A program made the position numbers and the translations under genes. A stretch of DNA of 64,000 bases from Octopus vulgaris. Its lineage: Eukaryota. The notes beneath the pieces were generated by a model that ran no database searches, was not told the origin of the DNA, and worked only from the letters and a program-made list of their open reading frames with translations. Positions 27,151 to 40,746 of this stretch are shown here, piece after piece (positions within the stretch are counted from its first letter, which is position 1; the number at the start of each line of letters is the position of its first letter). The stretch lies in the NCBI GenBank assembly GCA_951406725.2, contig OX597817.1, forward strand, positions 141,670,001 to 141,734,000, in the 5' to 3' direction.

Positions 27151-27709
27151 TTGAGTGAGAGAGCAGTGCATGCCATCAAAGTGACACTGGGGAAAAAATA
27201 TACGAAGCCCAGTATACCCATCGTGACTACCTGTCTGATAAGGGTACACCAGGCATATGCATCACAACCATATGTGCATGAAATGGTGATCTCATATCAA
27301 GATAAACAGCGCATGATCTTGCAGGTGGAGCCCAGTTAGAATTTTCTTCAGGTGGAGTAGCCCATCCCACTCAAATGGTCCCTGAATAAGGATTTATTAA
27401 GAATGTTGAACGAAACACCCATGTTTCCGAAGGTGAATTATCAAAACCCCAAAGAATTTCTCTCAACACACGGCTATGATGCTCCCCCACTACTTCTGCT
27501 CATGATCAGAGATGCACATTATCGTCAGCTACTAAGGGATATGGTCAACTGGTTAAGGTCAAGCAACTGACAAGCAAATCTGTGGTATTGAGCAGAATAT
27601 TTGCTGTAGCCCATCTTTTATACCAAGACAAAACAATGTACATGATAACACCTCCAATCAGTTAAGCTAAGAAGCTATGAGAACCACTGCCTGGTACTGC
27701 ATCAGGGCA
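27151..27709 (-). mobile_element. ~560-bp non-coding interspersed repeat (family D) inserted in (TAA)n
   Basis: Reverse complement of 37851-38408; both copies are embedded in trinucleotide tracts. Confidence 0.85.
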
Positions 27710-27746
27710 GTTTATTCTTCTTCTTCTTCTTCTTCTTCTTCTTCTT

Positions 27747-27915
<169 letters not shown>

Positions 27916-28559
27916 TAAAGCGGTGAGTTGGCAGAATCACTAGCATGCCGGGCGAAATGCTTAGCTTTAATTCGTCCAGCTTTACGTTCTGAGTCCAAAT
28001 TCCGCCAAGTCGACTTTGCCTATCATCCTTTCGGAGTCGATAAAATAAGGACCAGTCGACTCACTCCCCTCAGCAAAAATTGTGGCAAAATTTGGAAACA
28101 TTATTATTAAAAATGTGGCAAAATTTGGAAACATTATCATTAAAAAAAAATTTTTTTTTAAGGTGATGAGCTGGTATAAACATTAACACTTCGAGAAAAA
28201 TGCTTAGCGGTATTCCGCCAATCTTTACGTTTTGAGGTTAAATTCCTCCCAGTTCAACTTATCCTTTCACCCTTCTGGGGCCGATATAATAAAAACCGGT
28301 CAAGTACTGGGATTGATGTAATCGTCTTACAACGTGCCCCGAAATTGCTGGCCTTCTACGAAAATTTGAAACCATTATTATTAGTGTTGTTATTCAGTCG
28401 TCTTATTTTAATTTCACGCCATTGAGCGCAGCTCTATGTGTATTTGGCACGTACTATTGTTTGTTTTGGTGTTGTTATTTCATGTCTATACAAAGTGTTC
28501 TACATATGTTGTGTGGTGGGCGTAACATAGCTATCCTGTGCATTCAATATATATTCCTT

Positions 28560-29145
28560 AGGACGGAGAGCTGGCAGAAACGTTAGCACGTCGGGCGAAA
28601 TGCTTTGCGGTATTTCGTCCGCTGCTGCGTTCTGAGTTCAAATTCTGCCGAGGTCGACTTTGCCTTTCATCCTTCCGAGATCGATAAATTAAGTACCAGT
28701 TACGCACTGGGGCCGATATAATCGACTTAATCCCTTTGTCTGTCCTTGTTTGTCCCCTCTATGTTTAGCACCTTGTGGGCAAGAAAGAAATAGGTATTTC
28801 GTCTGCCGTTACGTAGTGAGTTCAAATTCCGCCGAGGTCGATTTTGCCTTTCATCCTTTCGGGGTCGATTAAATAAGTACCAGCTACGCACTGGGGTCGA
28901 TATAATCGACTTAATACGTATGTCTGTCCTTGTTTGTCCTCTCTGTGTTTAGCCCCTTGTGGGTAGTAAAGAAATAGGTATTTCGTCTGCCGCTACGTTC
29001 TGAGTTCAAATTCCACCGAGGTCTACTTTACCTTGCATCCTTTCGAGGTCGATAAATTAAGTACTAGTTGCGTAATGAGATCGATCTAATCGACTGGCCC
29101 CCTCCCTAAGAATTTCGGGCCTTGTGCCTGGAGTAGAAAAGATTA
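28560..29145 (+). mobile_element. SINE family B trimer nested in an old Dong 3' remnant (~28390-29215, minus)
   Basis: Three head-to-tail units; the flanks resemble the Dong 3' UTR (gagcgcagctct) and C-terminal coding sequence. Confidence 0.8.
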
Positions 29146-29414
29146 TATATTAGTAAGTTTCGGGCTTTGGTTATGCTTTTGACTGCGTGTTGTTTAACCG
29201 ATATTTTGTACATTTATTATATTGTCATTATTACTATTATTCAAATATTCTGAAATTCTTTGTATTTCACTCCTATAATGAAATTCAGGTGGGTGTATTC
29301 CCGGATAACAAATCCCCACCGGTGACTTAAGCCTTCCAGGATCTTTGGAATGACCTTCGCCTTTCCTAACATGTACTCTACGTGCATCTGCAAGCCAATA
29401 ACTTCTGTCCACTC

Positions 29415-29580
29415 CGTGAGCCTCTTCGCCGTCGTAATCCAAGACAGAGAAGAAATGGAAAGCGAAGGATAGCCAAATGGAGGGAAACTGGGGACTTTGA
29501 AATTACTGAACAAAGGTTTACTGACCAGAATCGACAGCTTAGAGCAAATGGATGGCTTTCAGAGTTAGGTGAGATAAGTA
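29415..29580 (+). mobile_element. R4/Dong LINE N-terminal coding remnant
   Basis: NPRQRRNGKRRIAKWRETGDFEITEQRFTDQNRQLRANGWLSEL resembles the TEQRLADQ...W(L/F)SxxE N-terminal motif of R4/Dong ORFs. Confidence 0.6.
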
Positions 29581-30668
29581 GAGACATTATTACTATTAAT
29601 ATTATTGTTGTTGATGTTGTTGTTATGAATATAAGACAGATTATTGTTGAGGTGACGACATGGCAGAATCGTTAGCATGCCTGGCCTTATTTCGTCCGTC
29701 TTTATGTTCTGAGTTCAAATTCTGCTGAGAACGACCTTGTCTTTCAACCTTTTGAGCCGATGAAATAAGTACCAGTCAAGTTCTGGGGTCGATGTAATCG
29801 ACTAGTCCCCTCCCCCAAAAATTTCAGGCCTTGCGCCTATAACAGAAAGGAGTATCGTTATTGCTGATGATGTTATTGCGTTTGTTGTTACAGTTGTTGC
29901 TATGAATATTAAGACAAATTATTGTTAGGGCTGAGCACTGGCAGAGTCATTCACGCACCGGGCATAATGCTGAGCGGCATTTCGAGTGTGTCTTTACGTT
30001 CTGGGTTCAAATTGTATTGCTTTACAACCTTTCGGGAATCGATAAAATACGTGCTATATAGTCTACTATACCCCACTCAAAAATGTCAGGCCTTGTGCCT
30101 ATAATAGAAAGGATTAATATTATCTGTAGTAGTATAGGTTGTTGTATAACAGCAGTAGTAGTTGCAGTACTATTATTTCAGCCAGCAATTTTTGTGTTGC
30201 TGACAGAGCAGCATATAAATTTACGATTAGCATCAGCTCAGCTATCCTGGTGTTTATATCGAGTTACCACAATCTCCGTTAATATTCATTTAAGCTAATA
30301 TTATAGAAGATTACAGGATTATGACGAGAACATATATCGTCTACATTATTTTATGTGTGTATCATATAGCAGGAAACACATACAAAGTCCTGGTCCGTTT
30401 TTACTCTTGGAAAATGTCAGTTTCCAGTTACTTCATGTCTCTGACAAGGTTTTCATTGATTGCATTCTTAGGACTGGAATGGATCTGTATAATATACCCC
30501 ATAACTAATACAGACATACACACATGCATACATACATACATACATAAATACATACATACATACATACATACATACATACATACATACGAACATACATACA
30601 TACATATACATGTATGTATTTATATAAATAATATAATATATAATATATAATATATATATACATACATC

Positions 30669-30741
<73 letters not shown>

Positions 30742-30767
30742 TATATACAAAAAAAAAAAAACAAATA

Positions 30768-30855
<88 letters not shown>

Positions 30856-31551
30856 TTATCATGTGTGTGCTGAGAACTTTACAGAACTCAGAGGTCAAAA
30901 TGAAAAAGAAGTCATACATTTGAAACTTAAAGGAAGCATAAAATGTGATACGTTATAAAATTCTTGAAAGAAGCGGTGAAGTAGACTCGATATGTTCTCA
31001 TTTGCAAAAGAAAAGTTCTACGCTTTCGACCTTTACTCCCTCGGCTAAGGCAACTGTTGACAAGACGAAGAAATTTTAGAGAATTATCTATCAATGATTA
31101 GCTTCAATACTTGTAATGCTAATAGAGATCGACAAGCGGAATAACCAACGTCAAAACCAATGAACTTTGTAAACTTATTCGACTCTTAAGTTTAACATCA
31201 AGCCATCGTTTATTTTCTAATGTGGGTTCAATGTTTTCAACAGATGAATCAAATGTGGATTATAACTTCATAAAATTGATTCTGTTCAATAAATTTACCG
31301 ACCAAATGAAGTGTTTTATTTTGTTCACCTTTCACATATTATTCTGTACTTTTTTCAGTTATTTGAATGCGACCAATTCTGGGGTATTGCCATTAAGAGT
31401 TTAGTGGAGCAGATCGCACCTTGTACTTAACTTTAAGTTTGATACTTATTGTACTCTATGCGGAACTGACTGCTAATCTACAGAGATGTAAATAAACCAG
31501 CACCGGTTTGTCAAGCGTGTGTTCGGTTGGAAAACACATCACAGTCACAAA

Positions 31552-31635
<84 letters not shown>

Positions 31636-33867
31636 GATATATAAATTTACATATAAGACAGGCTTCCGCAACGTTTCTGGCTACTGTTTCTCTCTCCCAC
31701 AATGCTACCCTGGAAATACATTAGCTGTCACTTGTCCAAGGTTCGGCAACTGAAACCGCTGATTGTATAGCGATTCTTTTTAACCACACAGCCATGCTAG
31801 CGCTTATCCAGTTACTCAGCGAACAAAGTGTCTTATTTTGTCAATGTTAGAACAATTCGTTTCATTTCATTCGATGAAATCGCATAGATGCGAGGTAATG
31901 ATGTGAATATGGGTGTTAAACAATTCACTCGTAAATTCCTAACAACGTTTAAATTGTGATGCATTCAGAAAAATATAGCGAGAATAACATTTCTGTTAGT
32001 ATTCTTTGAACATACCTAAAATTTTATTTTTGAGGGAATTTTAGTCTAATAGAATCATCGGAAGTATTTTTCAGAAAACCCACCATCGTTATATAAAACA
32101 AAGCAAAAAAAAAAAAAAAGATAATAATAAAAGATCAAGAAATACAAATTTCTTCTGATTGTAAATACATATTTATTTCTTTATTGCCCACAAGGGGATG
32201 AAAATAGAGGGGACAAACAAGGGATTAAGTCGATTACATCAACCCCAGTGCTTAACTGGTACTTATATAATCGACACTGAAAGGATGAAAAGTAAAGTCG
32301 ACCTCAGAACATAGCGACAGACGAAATGCCTATTTCTTTACTATCCACAAAGGGCTAAACACAGAGAGGACAAACAAGGACAGACAAACGGATTAAGTCG
32401 AATATATCGACCACAGTGCGTAACTGGTACTTATTTAATCGACCCCGAAAGGATGAAAGGCAAAGTCGACCTCGGCGTAATTTGAACTCACAACGTAACG
32501 GCAGACGAAATACCGTTTAGCATTTGGCCCGGCGTGCTAACGATTCTGCTAGCTCGCCGCTTCTATATTGCATCAGACACAACAGAATACAAGACAAATG
32601 GTAGTGATTTCTACGGCAATATTTATTTTATTTGAAAAAAAAAAAAAGCTACTGAAAAGCTGCACTGAAATTTTTGGGATTTAGTTGAATATCAGACAAA
32701 TTTCAGACAAATAGAAATTAAAGAACATCCATAGAATTTTACATATTCTCTGTTTCAAAAGTGGTTTCTTAATCCAAGGAATATAATGGAATGATTAAAA
32801 AATGGTATTCATGGTAAGAAAATCCTTTCAAGCCGTAAATATTTATTATCCATATTCTTGTGTTGGCGCTTTTATACCACAATTAAAGGGGCTACATTTC
32901 TTCTATCTCCTATCCAGTCTTACTCCATTTCGGTATCTGTTTTAAGATGATTATCTCCCCGTACGATAATTTCCAATAATATTTCGACATCTTCGTTAAT
33001 TTCAAACAGTTTCGATACCTGAGAAGCTGACAACGGAAAGGCAGAATATGAGTCACCTAGCAAATCTATTTCTCCAATGTTTGAACAAAGATAACCGGTC
33101 TAAGAATACTAATCAATATGGCTGCATTCTATAACAGTGCAGCTAACTGCAAATATAAATATCCATTCGCGTCTGAAGATTTGCGTGGAAGTATATTGAA
33201 AATATATTGAATATTTTACCACACTACTTAAATAGATATAATTTTCTTATTCACTGAAGCGGAACACATTGCAATCCTCCAATACAACGCGATACAACTA
33301 CTCCGTTTGTAATAATCCAAGATAATTTTACACAATGTAGAACACAGAAAAGTATAAGAATGTCATCTATAATGGATTTTAACAAGAATGCTTATTTCTA
33401 GTGAACCTTGCATGGATTAACGGTGAAAATCGAAAGAAATTTCCCACGCACCGTTGCCTTTAAATATCATACATTACTTCTCACTGTGTTTTCCTGTTTA
33501 CTGTTGTAAAACAGAGGAGAATTTCAATGACGCTTGTTGAATTATGCGGACAGTAAGGAGGATTTAATTATAGTGGTTGGATATTTTCTACATGATACAA
33601 CATTTCATTCCCTATCAACATCAATCGATATTAGCTTCATAAAATTCACTCGATTCAAAATATTTTACATACAGATATATCTATGTTGCGACTCTCTCTA
33701 TCTCTCACCACCTCTAGATCTCACTCTTTTTCTCTCTCTTTCTCTCTCTCACTATCTCTCCCACTCGATATTTGTCTTCTTCATTCATACAAGCATACGC
33801 ATACACACACAAATACATGTATGTATGCTATGATACACACTCACAAAAATATACTTCAATATATGAC

Positions 33868-33926
<59 letters not shown>

Positions 33927-33973
33927 ACACATAAATATGTGTGTGTATCCATGCATATATATATACATACATA

Positions 33974-34024
<51 letters not shown>

Positions 34025-34135
34025 ACATATATATTCATATATGTGTATGTATGTATGTATATGTATGAATATATATATATATATTTATAGTTATATATAC
34101 GTATGTGTTTATATGCATATGCGCATATACATATG

Positions 34136-34194
<59 letters not shown>

Positions 34195-34817
34195 ATGCAT
34201 ATATATAACTATGTGTGTGTGTATGTGTGTGTATACTCATAGGTACACACATACATACATATATGCATATGACACACAAACACACATGCAGTGACATACA
34301 GAAATTGACCTTTTTTATTATTACGGCTTATTTTTATTTCGTTTAATTTTTTTTATTTCTATTCATCTATGTCGATGTTCGGGGGCGATATATCTCCAGC
34401 GTAAATCTAGGCAGAAACAGAGATAGAGATAAAGATTAGAACACAACTACCGTATTTTTAATAGGCGTTAAATTATTGTATATGATTATAGAAACAGTGA
34501 CAGGTATTGTCTTGTGTGGAACAAGAAGTCATAAAGCAGCTGTGAAATTTGACATGAGAATGCTCTAAATGCGACGAATTGCACATTAGTGTCAAAAGTA
34601 ATTTTGAAATTAGAAGCATTAATATCAATAATAATCATTGGTAGTATCATTGCTAGTGTAGGTGTTGTTGGTGCTGTTCTCACAGCTATCATTATTATTA
34701 TTATTAATATTATTGTTATTGTTATTGTTGTTGTTGTTGTTATTATTATTATTATTATTATTATTAATATTATTAATATTATTGTTAACGTCATTATTAT
34801 TATTATTATTATTATTA

Positions 34818-35533
34818 TTCAGTAGTTTTATTTTTATTTTTATAGCGTGCTTTCACTTCACTACCGAGCGCAGCTCTGTGTGCCTTGGGTATGTGCTGTG
34901 ATTTGTTGTGATGCTCTGATGGTTATTGTATGGAAAGTGTTCTGCGTAGGATGTGTGCAGTGCCTAGTAGTGCAATTTTCTGTATGTTATATGTGTTTGT
35001 AAGTCCTGGTGTTTTTGTTATGTATTTGTCTGAATATTTTTTTATCATGCCTAATGCACCTACTATGATAGGAATTGTTTCTGTTTTCAGATTCCACATT
35101 CTAGTTACCTCTATTTCCAGGTCTTTGTATTTTGAGAGTTTCTCCATTTCTTTTAGAGACACGTTGTCATCTGCCGGTACTGATACATCAATTAGAAAGC
35201 ATTTTTTTTCTTCATGGTCTCTGACAACTATATCTGGTCTGTTGGCCTTAATTTCTCTATCTGTGTGTATCGGCATATCCCAGAGTATGGTTGCTTTCTC
35301 GTTTTCTGTGACCTTTTCTGATGTGTGCCTATACCATCTTTTTTCTGTTGTTATTCCATAATGTTGGCATAGCTTCCAATGTATGTAAGTTCCAACTCTG
35401 TCATGTCTGTGAATATATTCCTTCTTAGACAGGACTGGGCAGCAAGAGATAATATGATTTATTGTTTCTTGTCCATCTCCACATATTCTGCAGTTACTTG
35501 TAATATTTCTTTTCATTACATGTTTTTGGTAAT
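34818..35533 (-). mobile_element. R4/Dong-clade LINE, 5'-truncated (zinc knuckle + restriction-like endonuclease + 3' UTR) in (TAA)n
   Basis: CRICGDGQETINHIISCC...RHD...RPDIVV...LIDVSVP...EKLSKYKDL...IIVGALG; flanked by (TAA)n. Confidence 0.93.
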
Positions 35534-35548
35534 TCATTATTATTATTA

Positions 35549-35649
<101 letters not shown>

Positions 35650-35837
35650 TTCATCATCATCATCATCAACATCATCATCATCATTATCATCTTCTTCATA
35701 GTCATCGTCACCATCGGCCTCATAGTCACCATCATCACCATCGCCATTACTATTATTAATATTGTTACATATGGCTGTTCCTATTATTCGTAATAACAAA
35801 AAAGTCAACTCTCTTACAACTACCGCTGCTGCTGCTG

Positions 35838-35880
<43 letters not shown>

Positions 35881-35889
35881 AACTACTAC

Positions 35890-35945
<56 letters not shown>

Positions 35946-36345
35946 TGATGATAATGATGATGATGATAATACTGCTTGGAACCGCAAGAATACTCCAGAT
36001 GGTGCTCGAAAAATATGGGGTTGTTACCTTCGTTCACTGGTAGTGAACAGCTGGCACCATAGTAAATCTCCAGCGTTAGAAGCTCTTTTAACTCTTTACC
36101 CGTTTACGGGGACGTAAACATACCAGCATCGGATGTCAAGCGATGTTGGTGGGACAAACACAGACACACGAACATATACACACATACATATATATATATA
36201 AATACATATATACGACGGGCTTCTTTCAGTTTCCGTCTACCAAATACACTCACAAGGCTTTGGTCGGCCCGTGGCTAGAGTAGGAGACACTTGCCCAAGG
36301 TTCCACACAGTGGGACTGAACCGGGAACTGTGGGACTGAACCCGG

Positions 36346-36500
36346 AAGAAGAAGAAGAAGAAGAAGAAGAAGAAGAAGAAGAAGAAGAAGAAGAAGAAGA
36401 AGAAGAAGAAGAAGAAGAAGAAGAAGAAGAAGAAGAAGAAGAAGAAGAAGAAGAAGAAGAAGAAGAAGAAGAAGAAGAAGAAGAAGAAGAAAAGAAGAAG
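36346..36500. repeat. (GAA)n microsatellite
   Basis: Direct reading; source of the poly-E/poly-S pseudo-ORFs. Confidence 0.95.
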
Positions 36501-37086
36501 GTTTCCTTCAATATTACTGAATTATAATAGCATGATGATGAAAATTATGGAAAAGAAAGAGAAGGATGATGCTAATGATGGCGGTGGTAGTGTTGATCAA
36601 GTTAACGATGAGGTTAATTAAAGCGATGATGGTAATGATTACGGTGATAATGAGGACAACGACGACGACGAAGACTAGAAAGTCGACAATGACGGTGATC
36701 ACGACGATGATCAGTGCGCATACATTTAATTATAAACGTAGGATGGAGTGAAGCCATAATAAATGTGAGATTTATATGGCGGACAGATTAAATTTCTAGC
36801 GATGAATATTTTACGCCATTTCTAAAACTATTTAGGTATTATTTTGACAGACGTCAAGGAAGAGTATTTTGGGTGGGATTTATCTATAAGAAATAACGGC
36901 AATGTCTCTTTCAAATAGTATCTAAACGCCTATTGAAAGAACAGATCTGATAGTGTTTTTCTATGTAAACTATGTCTGAAAAACTATTGGAACTGTCAAG
37001 AAGGCAGGTATTTTAATCATTCGCCATAATAGATCGCTAGCCACTATACCTTTTTCTATTTTTTCTCCCTGTTTATTTCTGTGTTC

Positions 37087-37122
37087 CTTTCTGTTGAAGA
37101 GCGTAGGCTCGAAATGTAAAAG
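37087..37122 (+). ncRNA. Degenerate copy of the 12862 hammerhead
   Basis: CUUU-CUGUUGA-A-GAGC-guag-GCUC-GAAAU-GUA-AAAG (A6 mutated). Confidence 0.6.
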
Positions 37123-37625
37123 ACTTTCTCACTTCCCGAGCGTTAAATTAATACATCTGTTTGTTGTTTACACACCCGTCTTCGCCATTTTTTTTGTTTT
37201 GTAAATTTTCACTATTTTAATAATTACCGTGTTGGGTCGAAATCAAAAGAACACTAGTGACATAACTCGTTCAGTTTATATATTTTGTTTAAATTTTAAT
37301 TTGGGTTCCCCAGGAGGGAAAAAACTAACGTCTTCACCCTCGAGAGCCCACTCGGCTTCGTGTGGTTCTTAATGTGGATGTGTAGTTCCTAATGTTATGA
37401 CGAGACTTGCTTATAAATTCTCTTGAAAATGCACACACGTGCGTTTGCACGCGCACACACACGCATACATACACACAAACATTTATCCTCAAAGCTGGTT
37501 TACGGGAAACGTTTTCCAGTGCGCACATAGAAGCTCCAACGTTATTATGTCAGTTACAGAGAATCGAACTTGCTACAGCGGTTTTATGGGATCGTACCGA
37601 GATGTGCCAATATAACGTGAGGTAA

Positions 37626-37684
<59 letters not shown>

Positions 37685-37759
37685 TATACTATGAGTTTCT
37701 TTGCCCTAGGAGTCGGGAAGACACTCGGCAAGAAATGGAAGCAAATTTGAAAGAAGAAG

Positions 37760-37829
<70 letters not shown>

Positions 37830-37850
37830 TGATGATGATGATGATGATAA

Positions 37851-38408
37851 ATGTCCTGATGCAGTTCTAGACAGCAGCTCTCATGGCTTCTGATCTTAAC
37901 TGATTGGAAGTGTTATCATGTACATTGTTTTGTCTTGGTATAAAAGATGGACTACAGAAAATATTCTGCTCAGTACCACAGATTTGCCTGTCAGTTGTTT
38001 GACCGTAACCAGTTGAGCATGTCCCTTAGTGGCTGACGATAAGTGCATCTCTGATTATGAGCAGAAGTACTGGGGGAGCATCATAGCCGTGTGTTGAAAG
38101 GAATTCTTGGAGGTTTGGATATTTTGCCTTTGGAAACATGGGTGGTTCGTTCAACATCAATAAACAATCCTTATTCAGGAACCTTTTGAGCGGGATGGGC
38201 AACTCGACCAAAAGAAAATTCTAACTGGGCCCCACCTGCAAAGTCATGTGTTGTTTTTCTTGATATGAGATCACCATGTCATGCACATATAGTTGTGATG
38301 CATGTGCCTGGTGTACCGTTATCAGAGGGCTAGTCATGATGGGTATTGTGGGCTTCACATATTTTACCCTAGTGTCACTTTGATGGCATGCACTGCTCTC
38401 TCACTCAA
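37851..38408 (+). mobile_element. Family D repeat in (TAA)n/(TGA)n
   Basis: Second copy of 27151-27709; 3' end ...ctctctcactc runs directly into (AAT)n. Confidence 0.85.
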
Positions 38409-39224
38409 TAATAATAATAATATTATTAATAATAATAATAATAATAATAATAGTAGTAGTAATAATAATCTGAGGATGGAATTTCATAAATATTTTAATG
38501 CATCGCTACGCGTGTTTCCAAAAGTTGCCTGTATTTTTGTGACTATTATCCGTATCCATAGGAAGAATGCAATATAATTTGTAATATTTATGGATATTAC
38601 CGTGAGTCCTTGTATATGCGTTTATTTCTTCAAGGGATATAGCATTAAATTTGGAAGTAACTAATGTGCAACTAAAGGACGTTTATCAATTTTTAACAAT
38701 GCAAACATATGCTCAAAGGATGCTTCCTAGGATTCGAACGGAACATTAGGAAACAGGGAAGCACTAAGCATCACCAGCATCAAACCGAACAATAGAAGGA
38801 ACTCGTTAACGAACTAAACAAAAGGACCATTATGTTTCTAGATAATATCACCAGGTTTCAACACAACGGAGGACATTCATGTTTCCGACGAAAGCAATAC
38901 GCAAAATTGGGAAAGTGGTTGATATGACATGACTAAGAGCACACGGTAAACAATGGCAGTTGAATCTACTGGATCTGAGCAAACATTAGCAACATCGAAA
39001 AACTAATTGTACTGCCAGAAATGATTAACATGACCCTTGAGGGGAAAAACATTTGTCGATTCAGACTTAAGGATACCAAACAATCCCAGTACCAACTTAA
39101 TCTGTGGCTAGCAAAAGCTTCGAGCCAGCAACCTCAAAACAAAACTTGCTCCCTTGACGTGCAACATATGAATTCATTAAGGAAGCGCCTGAATGTGGGG
39201 TAACTATAGTAGTAGTAGTAGTAG

Positions 39225-39378
39225 TAATAAGGGTGGAGCACCTGCAGAAAACAGCACTGCTTGGAACCGCTCGAATTCTCCGGAAGGTGCTCGAAAAATA
39301 AGAGGTGTTACTTTAGTTCACTGGTAGTGAACAGCTGTCACTGTAGTACATCTCCAGCGTTAGAAGCTGTGCAAAGGC
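39225..39378 (+). mobile_element. 3' end of a second Dong family (another copy at ~35968-36085)
   Basis: LQKTALLGTARILRKVLEK* plus a short 3' UTR followed by (TAA)n. Confidence 0.75.
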
Positions 39379-39434
<56 letters not shown>

Positions 39435-39447
39435 TAATAATAATAAC

Positions 39448-39515
<68 letters not shown>

Positions 39516-39557
39516 CAATAATAATAACAATAATAATAATAACAATAACAATAATAA

Positions 39558-40310
39558 TAACCCCAAAAAGTTCTACCAAGAACTGGGCAAAAATAAAATA
39601 GAAGTCACTGCAGCACCAACGGCAGAAGAATTGGAAGAATTCTGGTGGAGATGGACAAGAAACAATAAATCATATTATCTCTAGCTGCCCAGTCCTGGCT
39701 AAGAAGGAATATATTCACAGACATGACAGAGTTGGAACCTACATACATTGGAAGCTATGCCAACATTATGGAATAACAACAGAAAAAAGATGGTATAGGC
39801 ACACACCAGAAAAGGTCACAGAAAACGAGAAAGCAACCATACTCTGGGATATGCCGATACACACAGATAGAGAAATTAAGGCCAACAGACCAGATATAGT
39901 TGTCAGAGATCATGAAGAAAAAAAATGCTTTTTAATTGATGTATCAATACCGGCAGATGACAACGTGTCTCTAAAAGAAATGGAGAAACTCTCAAAATAC
40001 AAAGACCTGGAAATAGAGGTAACTAGAATGTGGAATCTGAAAACAGAAACAATTCCTATCATAGTAGGTGCATTAGGCATGATAAAAAAATATTCAGACA
40101 AATACATAACAAAAACACCAGGACTTACAAACACATATAACATACAGAAAATTGCACTACTAGGCACTGCCCACATCCTACGCAGAACACTTTCCATACA
40201 ATAACCATCAGAGCATCACAACAAATCACAGCACATACCCAAGGCACACAGAGCTGCGCTCGGTAGTGAAGTGAAAGCACGCTATAAAAATAAAAATAAA
40301 ACTACTGAAT
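39558..40310 (+). mobile_element. R4/Dong LINE, internally deleted
   Basis: NPKKFYQELGK...EELEEFW (pre-RT region) is joined directly to GDGQETINHII...; the remainder is near-identical to 34818-35490. Confidence 0.9.
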
Positions 40311-40330
40311 AATAATAATAATAATAATAA

Positions 40331-40685
40331 CCGGCAGATGACAACGTGTCTCTAAAAGAAATGGAGAAACTCTCAAAATACAAAGACCTGGAAATAGAGG
40401 TAACTAGAATGTGGAATCTGAAAACAGAAACAATTCCTATCATAGTAGGTGCATTAGGCATGATAAAAAAATATTCAGACAAATACATAACAAAAACACC
40501 AGGACTTACAAACACATATAACATACAGAAAATTGCACTACTAGGCACTGCACACATCCTACGCAGAACACTTTCCATACAATAACCATCAGAGCATCAC
40601 AACAAATCACAGCACATACCCAAGGCACACAGAGCTGCGCTCGGTAGTGAAGTGAAAGCACGCTATAAAAATAAAAATAAAACTA

Positions 40686-40690
<5 letters not shown>
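40331..40690 (+). mobile_element. Tandem, more truncated Dong copy inserted in the (TAA)n tail of the previous one
   Basis: Repeat of ~39951-40310 separated by (TAA)n. Confidence 0.92.

Positions 40691-40746
<56 letters not shown>

Noticed and set aside
28560-29145. Regularly repeated units resembling a CRISPR-like array
   Set aside because: Tandem SINE units with no unique spacers, in eukaryotic DNA.
35361-35374. Match to the 3' part of miR-31 (atgttggcatagct)
   Set aside because: Lies inside Dong coding sequence with no seed match or hairpin; coincidental.
38690-39200. Possible old LINE coding remnant
   Set aside because: No diagnostic motif could be read confidently.
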